Source of the DNA: Ginglymostoma cirratum
Lineage: Eukaryota
Direction: 5' to 3'
Assembly: GCA_024137785.1 (NCBI GenBank)
Contig: JAHRHZ010000084.1
Location: forward strand, 6,907,573-6,971,572
DNA: 64,000 nt
This document shows positions 1-13,678 of this stretch, one piece after another; position 1 is the first letter of the stretch; each line of letters opens with the position of its first letter. The notes below the pieces were generated by a model that was not told the origin of the DNA, made no database searches, and saw nothing but the letters and a program-made list of their open reading frames with translations. The translations under genes were made by a program, and so were the position numbers.

Positions 1-289
1 AGAATTCTACAGCACTTTGCCCTGCCCCATCCTCCCCACCCTAACCCCCACTCTCCCACAATGCCGGAAAAGCTGGTTTAAGTGGTGAATAGTTAAGGTG
101 GCGAATTCGGTTCAAAGTAAGTGTGCTTCTTTGGCCCAGGTGAATAAAGCGTTTTGACAGTTGTTAAATATGTATCCTTACGGTAATTAGTGAGTATCCC
201 ATCAAATTCCTGCATTCTATCTTGTAGATACTAGATAGATTTTGAGGAATTAGGACCCTGCAGAATCCTAATCTCTGACTTGGACAAGT

Positions 290-1080
290 GTGTGGCTGGC
301 CCAGTCAGTTTCTTGGTTAATTTGATCCTCAGCATGTTGAATGTCGGCAGTCTAGCAATGAGATGCAAATGAATGTTAAAGGAGATAGTTAGATTTCCGT
401 CTTGTTGGAAATGGTCATTTCCTGGCACTTAAGTGGTGCGAATGTTATTTGTCACTTATCAGCCGCAAATTGAATTATACTTTAATATTCCTTTATTTGG
501 TCATGAACTATTTCATTTTCTGAGTAATTGCAAATGGTACTGAAAATTCTACAATCATCAGTGAACATGCACACTGTTGACTTTATGTTGGAGGCAAGGT
601 CACGAAGAAACAAGCAAGATGGTCAGAACAGACCTTTGCCCTGTTGTTACACTGTAACATCCAGTACTGAAATAATTGATATCCAAAACATCCTTTGTTC
701 TAGATATAACTCCAAACAGTGGCAAATTCTAATCACCTGCATCACCACCAACTCTTCAACAGCAAATCCCACCCTGTTCCCATCGATTAGATTTTCTCTA
801 GGGCTTCTTGATGCCATACTCGGTCAAATGCAACTTCAATGTTAAGGGTTGTTAGTTTGATGCTTGACCAAATGCTATCGTGCTGTCAGAAGTTCGCACG
901 CCGTCTGTGGGTCAAAATCCTGGATTTCTGTTCCTAACAGTATTGTGGGGCGACCTACATAACACGGGCTGCAGCAGTTCAAGAAGACAGCTCGCCACCA
1001 ACTTCTCAAGGGCAACTGGGGATGGGCAATTGGCACTGGACAGTCATCGATACCTACATCCCACATGTCAGCAGAAAAAG
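290..1080. mobile_element. Degenerate LINE (CR1/L2-group) fragments: RT-region piece on - strand (~290-870), 3' tail piece on + strand (~880-1080)
   Basis: Similar by eye to parts of the + strand LINE at 20450-22520 (gcagcagttcaag...cttctcaagggcaact...catcccacatg vs ~22418-22510); no intact ORF. Confidence 0.55.
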
Positions 1081-1889
1081 ACCAGTGGAACTCAAGTCAA
1101 ACCTCGGTGAGTAGGGTACTATTGTGCAAGTTTCACCTGATAGCACTGTCCGTGAAAACTGATCTTCCTGCAGAAACCAGAGTTCGCGTCGTGGGACGTT
1201 AACTGGTCATATTTCCTGTGAGTTGTTTTTGTGTAGACAGGGCTTACCTAGCTCCAGCCCCACACTGTGTTATCACTTTTCACATCACTGTGTAGACGCC
1301 AGTGTGGTAGCCTAACAGAAAAGGCTTGGCCTGCATCGTTCAGGAAACAAGTCTACAGCGTTGCTGCAAGAATATCGTCGGGGCAAAGCCCTTTCAGTAG
1401 CAATCATGGCTCACACCTGAAACAACTTACATACTCACAGCCTGTTGATATGAAGAGGTCTCTCTGCTCCAGTGATGAAAATCATAGGCTCGCTATACTT
1501 TTTGAAGAAAAAATCGTTGTGATAATAGCTGATTCATATATAATGGACAAAGCTAGCATACGACTGGGGTTCATTGAGAGCAAATATTTGACGGGAACAA
1601 TCTTGACTACTAAACTTCTGCAATGATGTCGCTCCTTCAGATCAAGTTGCAGCCAATTGGAATAGGATCTGACTGATTGCGCTATTACATATGCCATAAG
1701 AACCGTGAACTCACATTCGTGAACTTTACAAATGCACAGTTGGGAGTGCAGTTTCACTCAATAACATCCAGTGCTGTGCTGCGAGCTCATTCACACGTCA
1801 TGTTGTTTATATCTCCTTATGCGCCACAATGTTCACTCATTTCCTGAGGATAGAACTGCGAAGGCTAACTGAAAGTATTACTCACATTT

Positions 1890-4090
1890 TAATGGGATGT
1901 GGGGGTTGTTGGCTGGAGGACATGTTGGTTTGTTGAAGTAGCAGACAGTTGGAAGCTCAGGGGTCATATTTGCAGACAAAACTTAGGTGTTCTGTAAAAC
2001 AGTCACCCAGTCTGTGCCTCGTTTCCCCAATGTAGAGGCAACTACATTATAAGTAGAGAATACAGTACATTAGATTTAGTGAAGCGGAGGTAAATCGCTG
2101 CTCCACCTACAAAGTGTGTCGGGGACCTTGGATAGTGAGGACACACGAAGCAAATAAGCAGTGTTGCATCTTCTGCGATTGCATGGCAAGGGAATGTCGG
2201 AGTGTGAGGTGGGAGTTTTGAGAATCGAGGAGGAGCCAACAAGGGTTTCAAAATATTGACAAACGAAGGATAGAAGAACATGTACCTGGTTGTGGCATCA
2301 CACTGGAGGTGTGGGAAATGGTTGCCTTAACATTCGTTGGTGCAGGTGAGGTGGAAAATGAGGACAAGGTGACCCTATCAGTATTGTAGGAGGAAAGTGG
2401 ATGAGCAAAGGCAGAAGTGCAGGAGATGGGTCAGACATGGCTGAGGGCCCTCTTTACAATGGTAGCAGGGAATACTCAGTTGACTAAAAATTGTGGACAT
2501 TTCTGAGAACTCTGACAGAACATAGCACCATCAAAAGAGTCGTGTTGTAGATGGAGAAACTGAGAGAATGGAATGGATTTTTTTTAAAATAAAGGAATTG
2601 GGATGTGAAGATATATAGTCTACCTAACTGTGAATGTCAGTGGGCTTGTAGCGAGTATTGGTGGCCAGCCTATGCTCAGAAATAGAAACAGCAGTGCCGA
2701 GGAAGGGAAGGGAGGAGTCAGAGGTGCATTGGGGAAGATGAGAGCAGGTTGGAAATTGGAAGGCAAGTTGCTAATTTTTTTCCAATTTTCGAGGAGAAAG
2801 GGAAATAGCAGCAATGAAATCATTGACGAATCAGAGACAGAGTTGTTGGGAGGGACCTGATTAGGATTGGAACAAGGAATGTTTCACGTACCCTACAAAC
2901 TGACAGGCATAACGGTAGACTATGCAGGTATCCACGGCCATCCCTTTGACTGGAAGAAGGTGAGAGGTGTTAATTTGTTGAAAGTGATGATGAGCTTCGC
3001 TAAGCAGAAGATTTAGTGGTGCAGGGTAATAGTTCAATCCTTTTCTCCAGGAAAAATGAGTGGAACGTAAAAACTATCCCTGATGGGGATGGGCGCGTGA
3101 AGGAATTTCACATCCATGGTAAAGTGAGGGGTTTGCTGCCCATAAATTGGAAAATCTGAAGCTGATGTGAAGTGCCACGTGAATCATGGTTGTAAGTGGC
3201 AAGGGACCTGAGAAGGGGAGAAAACATTGATTTAAGGTCGGAAGAGATAAGATCTGCGTGGTAGGAGCCGGCAGAAACAGTAGGGCCGGCAATCCTGTTG
3301 GTGGATTTGGGGAAGAAGTAGAAGCAGCCTCTGCAGGATGGAGGACTCTGACTTTGAAGGCTATATAGGGGAGTTTGCCAGATCCTCAGCTCATTTGCTT
3401 CCTCCGTCCTCGTTATCCAAGCCTCCAGACACACATTTCGAGTGAAGCAGCGATTTGCCTGCACATCCCTCAATCTAGTCTGTGATATTCACTGCTCAAT
3501 ATGTGGCCTCCTAGACTCTGGAGTAAACGAATGCAGACCGGGCAGCTGCTTCGCAGAAAACCTTTATTCTGTCCTCAAAAATTACATCACGCATTCAGTT
3601 GACTGTCCCTTCAACACATCACCATGTTACCTGGCCAACTATCCAGAAAGCCTTAGTGCAAGCTTGAAGAAAAGAAAGTAATTTTCCGCTTGGGGAACTT
3701 GTAGCCTTCAGGTCTCAGTATTAAGCTCAATAATTTTAGGTCCTGTACATCTTCTTGCACATCCTTTACCCACCCTCACACCCCATGATCTGCCAATGAC
3801 ATGAGTTGCTTTCAACACAGGAAAACCATTTTCGTCTAGTTATTTCTTTGTTTAGTCTTTGACTGTTCAAATGTAATTCTCTGTCTTTTGGCTCCATCTG
3901 TGACTACACACTCACCTCTTTCCGCTTCCCCACTCTCCACAACTCCAATTTTTGTCTTCAGCAAATATACCACATTTTCACAGCTTCTATCAGTTCTGAA
4001 GAAGGGTTACTGGATTCGAAACGTTAACACAGTTTCTCTTGCGTTTCTGCCAGACTAGCTGGATTTCTCCAACAATTTCTGTTTCTGAAC
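1890..4090. mobile_element. Old Penelope-like element: - strand RT/GIY-YIG segment (~1890-3385) joined to an inverted + strand GIY-YIG/terminal segment (~3385-4090)
   Basis: ORF 3442-3681 (KQRFACTSLNLVCDIHCSICGLLDSG...FAENL) is a decayed version of the PLE motif KQMFTCTSANVVYCIRC..CGLLYIGET...FAEHL; terminal hammerhead-like motif at 3996-4025. Confidence 0.7.
3996..4025 (+). ncRNA. Minimal hammerhead-ribozyme-like motif in PLE terminus
   Basis: CTGAAGA-agggttactggattc-GAAACGTT; core boxes intact, stem II imperfect. Confidence 0.45.
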
Positions 4091-4789
4091 CATTTGTTCT
4101 AGTGTGCGTGATGTGGCTGGATTGTGTTTGATAATGGTCCTCGGTAATGCATTGGACGCTTTGTCATGTCAAAGGAGTTACATAAATGCAAGATGCATGT
4201 GTTAATTGCCAAAAGTTACAGCAAGTATTCTACCTTAAGTCTGATGAAGAGGAGAATTTGACAGTTTTGCAGCTGGTGCTGTTGTAACACGACACAATTA
4301 ATTACGTGTAAGTCTTTTTCCCCTGAATAAAGTAACCAAAGTGAAGATTCCCGAGTCTCTGTGGAACTGTTCCATCCATATATTGTATTAAAGGCTGGTA
4401 GCTGATTTGTCGTTTGATGTACGTTACAAACCTTGTAGACATACCAGCCAATTAAATAAAAGTGATCAGTCACTGTGGATATTTATTGGACTAGATCGTC
4501 CTGGGATACTCATTTGAAGCTCTACCTCTTGTGTCTGATCCAAAAATATCTGCCCAGTTTCTTTTTCAAATGTTATTCATCCTGTAGATAAAGATTTCAA
4601 TTATCTGCTGATCTCTAGATGGACAGTTGGCACGCTGGCAATTTTAATATCGATAATCATTTTGACAAAACTCGAGTTCAAGACATCAGCTGGTAAGAAC
4701 TTCTGTTATTTCGTTGAATATTTTTAGCTGCCCAGAGCCAATGATCCTTCTTCGAAGACATGCAGATCAGATGAATTATGACAGTTTTT

Positions 4790-5143
4790 TGTCATTCGTT
4801 AAGAGGATGGGGGCGTCCCATGCTAGGCAGTATTTATTGCCCATCCCTAATTGCCCAGAGCGCAGCTAAGAGTCAACCACATTGCTGTGGGTCTGGAGTC
4901 ACATGTAGGCCAGACCAGGTAAGGATGGTTTTTATTTCCTTGAAGGACATTAGTGAACCAGATGGGGTTTTCCGGCAATCGGCAATGGATTCATGGTCAT
5001 CATTAGACTTTTAATTCCAGACTTTTTTATTGAATTCAAATTCCACCATCTGTCGTGGCGGAATTCGAACCCGAGTCCACAGAATGTTATTCAGGTCTCT
5101 GGATTAGCAGTCCAACGATAATACCACTAGGTCATCGCTTCCC
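4790..5143 (-). mobile_element. tRNA-derived SINE (DeuSINE/SacSINE1-like)
   Basis: Reverse complement starts gggaagcgatgacctagtgg (box A-like) ... gggttcgaattcc (box B); similar fragment at ~31060-31180. Confidence 0.65.
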
Positions 5144-5559
5144 TAGGTTAACTGTAGAGGAATAGTAGGCATTTTTCTACATCTTTAAAGAATAAAGTTG
5201 ATATCACAAACAGTTACACGATTGGCAGTTCAACATGAAAATATGAAATGCATTTATTTCATCCCTTCATTCAAATTATTTACTCGATCTTTACACGACC
5301 TCCCAATTCTAAAAGTAGTAGTGCGAATGTATTCATTTTGCAGTGATATCAGAGTAGCCGACTTGTTTCACTTTACTCCCAGAATTTAACTCCAATGTAA
5401 TGCTAACCAGGCTGTCAACTCATAGTCCCACAAGAGGAAACATCTGCTCTGTTGTGAGTAGCGCAAGGAGGGTTTGCAAAGATATTATACAACATACTTA
5501 AATGTAACTCTTGGTAATGCAGGTCGCTGGTGTTTCTTGTCCACTCAGTAAATAATTCC

Positions 5560-6060
5560 TACAAGCATACACGAGTTAGAAGCAGAAGTAGACAATTCAA
5601 GCCCTCCATTCTCTCCATCAGTTGGTAAAGTTATTGTTGATAAGTTAGTGTTTTGAATTCTACATTCCCACCTATCCCGAGCAGCCTTACCTTCCCCTTG
5701 CCTAAAAAGAATCGAGGAATTTCTGCCTTTAACATATTCAATCATGTCACCATCACCATCTGCTGGAATACAGAGTTTCAAATTGCCGCAATCCCCTGAG
5801 ACAAAAAGAAGCCTCCTCATCTCTGTCCATGAAGGACACCCTCTTAATGGTAAATTGTATCTGGATGCACCCACAAGAGAAAACATTCATTCTATTTCCA
5901 GCTTGTCAGAATGGTTCAACATCTCATACGCTGCGATCAAGCCACACCTCACTTTTCCAAACTCCTGCGGAAAGAACCATACTCTACCAAAATTAACTTC
6001 ACAAGACAACCTATTCATTCCAGGTTCAATCAAATAAACCTCTTCTGAATCAGCTCCAAC
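5560..6060 (-). mobile_element. CR1 LINE 3' fragment, degenerate
   Basis: Decayed CR1 ORF2 C-terminus (MFSLVGASRYNLPLRGCPSWTEMRR; compare LFPLAGETGTREHSLKIKGSRCRTEVRR at 10331-10609). Confidence 0.6.
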
Positions 6061-6134
6061 ATGGTCATGTATTTATTGTTATATCTGTGTTTTTATAATT
6101 TACGATCAATATAGGCTTCCTTTCTTTTCTTTAG

Positions 6135-6178
6135 GTGTTAGGAGACGTCCTGTGAAAGTGGATGAAGCTCAACAGCCG
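6135..6178 (+). other. Isolated 44-nt exon, probably a cytoplasmic exon of a receptor gene (GVRRRPVKVDEAQQP)
   Basis: Polypyrimidine acceptor tttcttttctttag| and donor ccg|gtaagg; open in phase 1 to 0 with a basic RRR cluster. Confidence 0.5.
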
Positions 6179-6989
6179 GTAAGGTGACAACATTTCTTCA
6201 TATAAGACCAGTTGGGGGAATAGCGATAAGTATTGCAATCAATTGAGAAGATGAATTGAATCATAGACTGGAGGAAGCTATCACGGCTGTGTAGGTGTTT
6301 GAAAACAACTATTCAATCAGTCCAGTTCCTCATTTATTATATTTATCCCTGTGTTCCTGTGCGTTTTAGTGAAATCTCTCCTTCCTTATTTTTAATTTCT
6401 AGTGACTCCCCTTCTGCCAGATATTGAGGAAGAGCATTTTTACGTACAGCAGATGTTTCCACAAAATAAATCTTCATCTTCCCTTGATTATTCTGTCAGT
6501 GATTACAGATGTTTCCTCTAAATACTGACAGATGCGAAGTTAAAAACATAATTTACTTACTTAATTTATAGAAATCTCTCTTTATTGTGAACATAACTCA
6601 ACCCTTGTCTTTCTCTATCCTGTGCAAAACAATCATAAATTGTTGACTCTACCCAGGGTAACTGAAATTCGTTATTCCTAGTACCATTAAATCCAACTGC
6701 ATCTGCACTCTCATGGCTGTTACTTTCTTCCTGCTTATAGTGTTTGAATGAGGTAAACGCAGCATCTACTTCTTTGCACTGGTCATGGTTTAAAAAAATA
6801 TATAATTAAAGCACCGTGTTGTGCTTTGGTAATTAATTATGACCGGCCTTCAGGCAGACAAATTTAAAAGGAGAAGAGACTTCAGATTCTGAACCTTTAT
6901 GATTCAGCCTCGGTTTAAAAAAAAAGTAGGAGATTCCCAGGCTTCTAATTCCTAAATTGAAATACTCAAATAGTACAACCTGGGAAATT

Positions 6990-9900
6990 ATTATCATCTT
7001 TGACAGCTGACACTGGGAACTCGACATGTTGCTTTGTATGCCTAGTTCCAAGGTTAAGGCCATTTTCTCGTGACTGAGAAGGGATCTGGAGTGAGAAAGG
7101 AGAATCTAATTGTCATGGGAACCAATGACATAGGTTCAACAAGGAATGATTTTCCACTGATAGAGTTTTAGAAGTAAATGCCCAAATTAAAAGTGGAGAA
7201 AGTATCAGGTAATAACCTCTTCCTTGTTACCTGAGCGATGTGCCATAGGATACAGCAGATTAGAGACTTCAACACATGCCTCAAATTATGTTGTTGGAAG
7301 AAAAAGCATTGATTACTTGGGAAGCCGGAAACTATTTCAATAACATGGGCGCTATTTAAACTCAATGGGACATTTGTAAAATGGGAGCTGTAATCAGGTA
7401 TTAAAATAGTGGGGAGAGAATATAGTGAAGCAAGAATTAAGAATTCAAAGAGATAGAATGAGACATCAAAACAATAGAACAATACAGTGATGTAGGTTAA
7501 AAAAACAAAATAGGACTGTGGGTTGAACATTATTTATATAAAGTCAATAAAGTCAATGTAGTAACGAGAAGTAAAGCAATAAAATTAAAGATTCCTTTCT
7601 TCGAAATGCTAGAAGCATCTACTAGATAATAGCTGCGTTAATTAAACAAATATAGGCATTGTAAGTAGTTTTGATTTGACCACTACTAGTGAGACATCGC
7701 TAAAAGGTAATTAAGGTTGGGAATAAATGATCTAGTGTTCACACATTTGAAAAGTAATTAAGAACTGTAAAATAGGAGGGTGGTTCTGATAATAAGGAAT
7801 GGTGCAACAACATAAGTGAGAAAATTAGAAAACAGAATCATTCTCCTTGATAAATGGAAATATCAGGGGTTAGCAATTGAGAGCGGGAACAGTTTGTAGG
7901 ACCCATGAAAGTAATCTGCGAACCAAGCATTGAATTAAATCTTTGGAGCTTGTCATAAAGGAAATGTATTAATCACAGGTTAATTTAATCTTCACATAAG
8001 CTGTCTCAGTTAAATTGGTCAGGATTTTTACTTGTGATAGTTTCATGTAGCAATACATTCTACAACTATCTCTGACTGAAGTTATCGCGGATTTAATGAT
8101 GCATAATTATTAATTAGTAACATCATAGTGTAAATTCTGTTGGGAAATAGTGATCACAAAACCATTGAATTCCGTGATAACACGGTATCGATTTGGATGA
8201 ACCAAGCAGGCCAAGCAGCATCATAGGAGCAGGAAAGCTTGACGTTTCGGGCTTAGACCCTTAGGTTTCAAAGCAGCAATCATGAACAAGAATCATGAAC
8301 TGAAACAAAATCAATTAAATCAGGATGTGGTGAAAATAGGTAGATTATATAATAAAACTAAAATTATTCTGAAAAATAAAGGGACAGTGGGAGGGATTTA
8401 AAGACATTATTCCAAATGTCCAAAATAATTCAATTCGTTGAATAATTAAAAAGAAACTCAGCAAAAAAACATCACGCATAGGTCACTCAGGGAGTTAAAT
8501 ATGGCTTTAGACTTTGAAAATAGCGTTTATTTAGCAAAGAATGGAAGTGAGACTGGGAACTGGATGTGCCCCAAGAACTAACAAGGAGGCATCGAAAAGT
8601 TGATAAAATTTTAAAAAGTAAAAGGCTAAAAATATTACAGCAGCTTGTAACAGCGTTATTAAGTATGCAGAAATGAAGAAACTTGATAAGTAAATGTTGG
8701 TACTGCAGAAGCAGAGATGACAGACATTTTCACATGGAATGAAAAAATCTATGCTACCTACGATCTTGCAAGATTTCCTATTTGCTAAAACATTCACATC
8801 AGACTGGGAGCGACAAAATATAATCTCACTTTAAAGGAAAATGTAAGAGAAAACAGGGAACTGCAGGGCAGTCAGCCTCACATCATTCCTTATCGAAATT
8901 CTACAATATTAAAAGTATAAACATTGCTGTTAGAAATTTGTAGTACAATTAGAATAACAGCATAGTTTGACAAAAGAGAAATCATGTTTGACAAATATCT
9001 TAGAGTGTTTGGAGAATTTATCTTGCAAGGTAGATAAAAGGGAACCTACAAACATAATGTGTAGAGATTTCCAAAAAGGCACTCACAAGTCAAGGAAAGC
9101 AGAGGACTGATGGAATTCAGGGTAATATATTAACACCGAGAGTGGATTGTTTAACAGACATGAAGCAGAGAGAGTTTGCATAAGTATTTTCAAATTGGAG
9201 GCTGTCATTACTGCAAGCAAGGTTCTGGGAAAGTAACAATCTATTTAAATGATTTCGTTAAGAGTCAGAGAGTAATATATCTACATTTTCTGATGATATA
9301 ATACGAGATGAAAAGATACATTGTCAGATGAAGGGCTCTTCGGTTGAATGTAGCTCTCAAAAATAACAATCTTGTTGACTTGATCATATGAATACAAAGA
9401 AACAGCTATGATGCCATAGACATTGTACAGACATGTGTGCAAGGTAGCCACGATTGGATATTGAAAGTTACCGTGTGTGTGACATTATAATCGGATAACA
9501 TCAAATCAAATTGAGATGCGCTTGCTCTGTTAATAAATGAGTGATCAATACATTCATGAGAAATTCCCTTTTTTTCTGAAAATAAATATGCAAAAATTGT
9601 GTTCGTGGAGTTAAGAAACAGCAAGGAGAAGAAGTTAAGAGTGGAAGTGTTTATATGGCACACAATGACCAACTATTTTTAAAGAACTCAAAAAAAATCA
9701 GTGAATGGTAAACAAAAAAAAACTACTACTATAGTTGTATGTCACTTTATTCCTAATAGAGAACAGAAAGATCAAATTAGCAGTTGTAAATGCTGATGCT
9801 CAGAGTGACGTGAGTGCACTCATCCAAGCAACACAGAAAGCCAGCTGGCAGATATAGAATGTTGCTAGGAAGTTTAATGACGCATTAAATCGTATTCTGA

Positions 9901-10020
9901 GAAGGTTAGAGCAAAAAGAATAAAGAAATCTTGCTTCAGGTGTGCCAGGATTTGGGTGAGACAATTTCTGGAAATTGAGTGCTCTGAGTTTTCAGTTTTA
10001 AGGAAGGATAAAATAAAAAA
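6990..10020 (+). mobile_element. Old, highly degenerate CR1 LINE (ORF1 esterase remnant, ORF2 remnants)
   Basis: GTNDIG motif (ggaaccaatgacataggt, ~7118), endonuclease SDH remnant (~8149), RT remnants (gatttccaaaaaggc ~9066; ttttctgatgat ~9286). Confidence 0.6.
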
Positions 10021-10194
10021 AATTGCTGGAGAAGCATGTATGAAGAAGGGTCACTAGACATAAAATGCTAAATATGTTTTCTACCCACAGATGCTTCGAG
10101 ACCTGCTGGGATTCTCCAACAAATTCTGGGGTTTTTTTTCAGGTTTTCAGCATCCATATTTCCTTTTTTGTAGGACGTATTCATATTGGAGACT

Positions 10195-10589
10195 GGACAT
10201 AAGAACATAAGAACTAGGAGCAGGAGTAGGCCATCCAGCCCCTCGAGCTTGCCCCGCCATTCAATAACATCATGGCTGATCATTTTGAGACTCAACTCCA
10301 TTTACCCGCCCGCACACTTTAACCCTTAATTCATTTACTGTTCAAAAAATTATCTAGCCTTGCCTTAAACACATTCAGCAAGGTAGCTTCAACCGCTACA
10401 CTGGGCAGGGAATTCCACAGATTCACAACCCTTTGGGTGAAGAAGTTCCTCCTGACCTCAGTCCTACATCTGCTTCCCTTTATTTTGAGGCTATGCTCCC
10501 TAGTCCCAGTTTCACCTGCTAGTGGAAACAACCTCCCTGCCTCTACCCTATATATTCCCTTCATAATCTTATATGTTTTTATAAGATAT
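10195..10589 (-). mobile_element. Younger CR1 LINE 3' end
   Basis: ORF 10331-10609 LIKTYKIMKG...RRNFFTQRVVNLWNSLP is the typical CR1 ORF2 C-terminus; acataag repeat at the 3' tail. Confidence 0.85.
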
Positions 10590-11391
10590 CCCGTCTGCAC
10601 TGACTGCACTGTGAAACTTCAGTGGATTTGTCCCTGAGATACGGTGGATGTCCAAGGATGACAGGCTGATAAATTCAGCCTTTATTCTCTGACGTTCGTA
10701 AAGAATGCAGACTATCTGACTCGAGAAGGGGTTCAGAGTGTGTTTCTCAGTTTCTAAGAACAATACTTTGTGGAACAGAATAAATTAGTACGAGTTTTTG
10801 TTGAATGAGAAAAGTTGCTCGATAATGCTTCTATCAAAGAAAGGGGGGAGTGATCGTAACATAAAGAATATTCACATTCGGATTGTAAATTAAACTCTTG
10901 GGTATAAAACCTGTGTTTGAAATTTAAACAAAAGACAATTGCAAAGATGCAAACACAGAATTGGCTAAATTGAACTGGGAAGTTACTTCGAAAGGAAAGA
11001 CCATGTCAAGCAGTGCTACACATTTAAACTTTCAATACAGACGTCTTCCATTGAGAATAAAACTTTCTACAAGCAGTATGGACAAGCTGCAGCTAAGTAA
11101 AGGAATTAACAGGTCCATCTGAAATTCTTCTACCTGCTATCACATTTAACATTATCCTGTTACTTGTAATAGGTAACAACAACAGACAAATGCTTTCATG
11201 GTAGTATTCAACCAGAACACCAAAACAATATAAGGAGGGACAAGCTCTAAACACTGATAGAGCAAAATCAATAAAGTGTATCTGTCAGTGAAGTATATTT
11301 TAGATGTTGTACGTAAATGACAGGGAAATTGGGATACAGTATCAAATTTACAAATTTGCTGAGGAAGCCAAATTTGGAGTGGCAAAGAGAA

Positions 11392-12115
11392 TGAGATGTT
11401 ATTGGGATAACATCCCATTAATTTCTATATTCTCTATAAATTAATGCTCTTTATCTGCTTACACAGAGGTATGCAGGCACTGCCTTAAAACTTCCTGTCC
11501 GACTAGAATTAGGTGTAAAACTTTGTAAATCCTTATCTTCCTACACATGGGTAAAAAGACACTGCCTTAAGCTTCCGGCCTGAATAGAATTAGGTATAAA
11601 CTTTGTAAATCTTTATCTTCCTGCACAGGGGTATGTGGAAACTGTCCCAAATAAGATTAGGTGGGCAGCGTTTGTAAAGGTGTGAGACTTCTGAACTCCT
11701 GTGAAGAATGTAACTTCTGTTTCTGCTAAAGGGGCCAGACACTTAGGCAACTTGAAATCGCCTCCTGCCGTTAGCAGTCACTTCGCAAACGATCGATACT
11801 GTACCCTGCTCTCTTTATGTTTTCGATGTAGTAATTGTTTGTGTATCATATCATTGTCCGATGTAGTGATTGTTTCATGTAACATGCCATTGTGAGATGT
11901 AAAATTGCTTTATGTATTATGCACTCGATAAGGTATAAAAAGCGGGGACCGTCCGCTGCCCAGGGAGTATCGCTTACGAGACTCTGCATTCTGCGCCAGG
12001 TTGAGTGCAGTGATCCTCCACTTGCTTTGTTATAAAAGAGTTGTGTTTTTCTAAACAGGGTCAGTGTCTTTTTATTGCATCAAGTCCGTGAGGGTCTCCG
12101 AAAACGAATCTAACA
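11392..12115 (+). mobile_element. Solo LTR, ERV-like (724 bp)
   Basis: Starts TG and ends CA; 4-bp direct repeat AGAA at 11388-11391 and 12116-12119; ~80-bp tandem repeats at ~11450-11650; TATAAAA at ~11935. Confidence 0.75.
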
Positions 12116-13100
12116 AGAAGATGATGTTAATGGATTATATGTTAATAAGTGACGGGTGTAATTTAACAATGTGGAGATAAATTGTCGAGAATAGTTTAGA
12201 AGAAACAACACAGTCTTATAGGCACCATTCTGAAGAGTGTGAAAGAAGGCAGGGACATGGAAAGTGCTTGTGAAATAATCATTGAATGTAGCTGGAAATG
12301 ATAAGAGTTTGGTTGTCAAACCTTGCGTTCTCTTTAAATTCATAACTGCAGGCATCGAGTACTAAAGTAGGGAGTTACTGTTGAAATTTTGGAGATCTGA
12401 AATACTGGACAACGAGAATACTGGACATAGTTGTGGTCATCACCGTTGAGGACATGTGGGTCCTTGATGGAATGGATACAAACAAATGAATATCCTTTAT
12501 TATCACGTGCATTCAACAAAAAATACAGTGAAGAGTATGTATCGTGGCTCATACATAAGCCCCATTCACACCATAAAATAGAAAAAGATAACTTAAGGAG
12601 AGTCCAACATTTCATTCATCACTGCAACAGCACATCGCCGCCAGAATCCCGCTCCTGTCTTCCCAGCCCATACCATGCTGCAGAGAGTCTCACGCTCTGG
12701 ACTTTCAAGCCCATGCCAGGCCGCCATCATTGGCCTACTCCACGCGGAAGCAAGAATCTCACTCTAGGCTTCACAGGCGAACCGATCATCTCTGCAGCTA
12801 GGCTGACTCTGAAAATTGCCGTGTCCGTCCTAAAGCCCATTGAAGCAGGCTCCTGCCAAAGAGCTGTCTTTAACCCAAAAAACATTGAGGAAAAAATAAG
12901 GGATAAAAGTGAAAAAAAAAACACAGAAAAATGGAAATGAGCAGAACAAGCCCGGGCATAGGAGCCCAAATATTGCTTATTCTGTTGCCGTAATCGTGAA
13001 TTGAGACATATAAGGTTGTTTCTCGAGATCAAAGAGATTAGATACATGATTCAGTCCGAAAAGCTGTCGCTGTTTGCCTTGATGAAAAGACTGAGTATAT

Positions 13101-13678
13101 TGTGATGATACTGTCATTTTAAGAAATTATTTTATCCATTTTTTGAAGGGATGTTGTAAATGCAGAGGCACAGAACTGACTCCTAAAGATAGCTTAAGCA
13201 AATGGTTGAGAAGGCCTTAGGTCTTTTGTAACAGCCTGAATGTATGTGGCCAGTTGTCAAACATGACGATTTCTGGCTTTTTGTTCTTTTCAGCAGTCAA
13301 AAGCTGTTTCGGGTCCCAGCAGAACTGGGGGCTTCAGTGAATGATTCCTAGCTGTTACTTTCTCCAGAATTTCTCTTGATGTTTCTCACCACCTGTATTG
13401 TAGAACTGAATGTAATAATCTGTACCTGAATTTGCTTTTGCCAAGGGGTGTGTTTGTGGGATGTCAGTACATTGGAACAGTTAATTAAATGTTGTAACTA
13501 TTATTCAATTAATATTCCAATAGTGTTCAAATAAATTGTTTCACTTAATATTGAGTAGTTTGACCACTCGTATCACATCTGGGGCATGCCCCTCTCGTCT
13601 ACCTCTAAAATAAGAAAAGGTCACAGTCTGGTATACCTTCCTGAAATATTTTGAGGGGTTCTGGTCTGGTCCGTAACA
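13101..13678 (+). repeat. 5' LTR of the Gmr1-like element
   Basis: Direct repeat of 18562-19197; TG...CA ends. Confidence 0.85.

Noticed and set aside
1224-1292. RSS-like tgtttttgt ... cactgtg motifs
   Set aside because: The nonamer-heptamer spacer is 30 nt, not 12 or 23; the second heptamer lacks a nonamer; no J segment follows.
11450-11650. Repeat array considered as CRISPR-like
   Set aside because: Contiguous ~80-bp tandem units without unique spacers, inside a eukaryotic LTR.
12431-12940. 169-aa ORF
   Set aside because: No recognisable motif; begins in LINE debris and lies between mobile elements; cannot assign.
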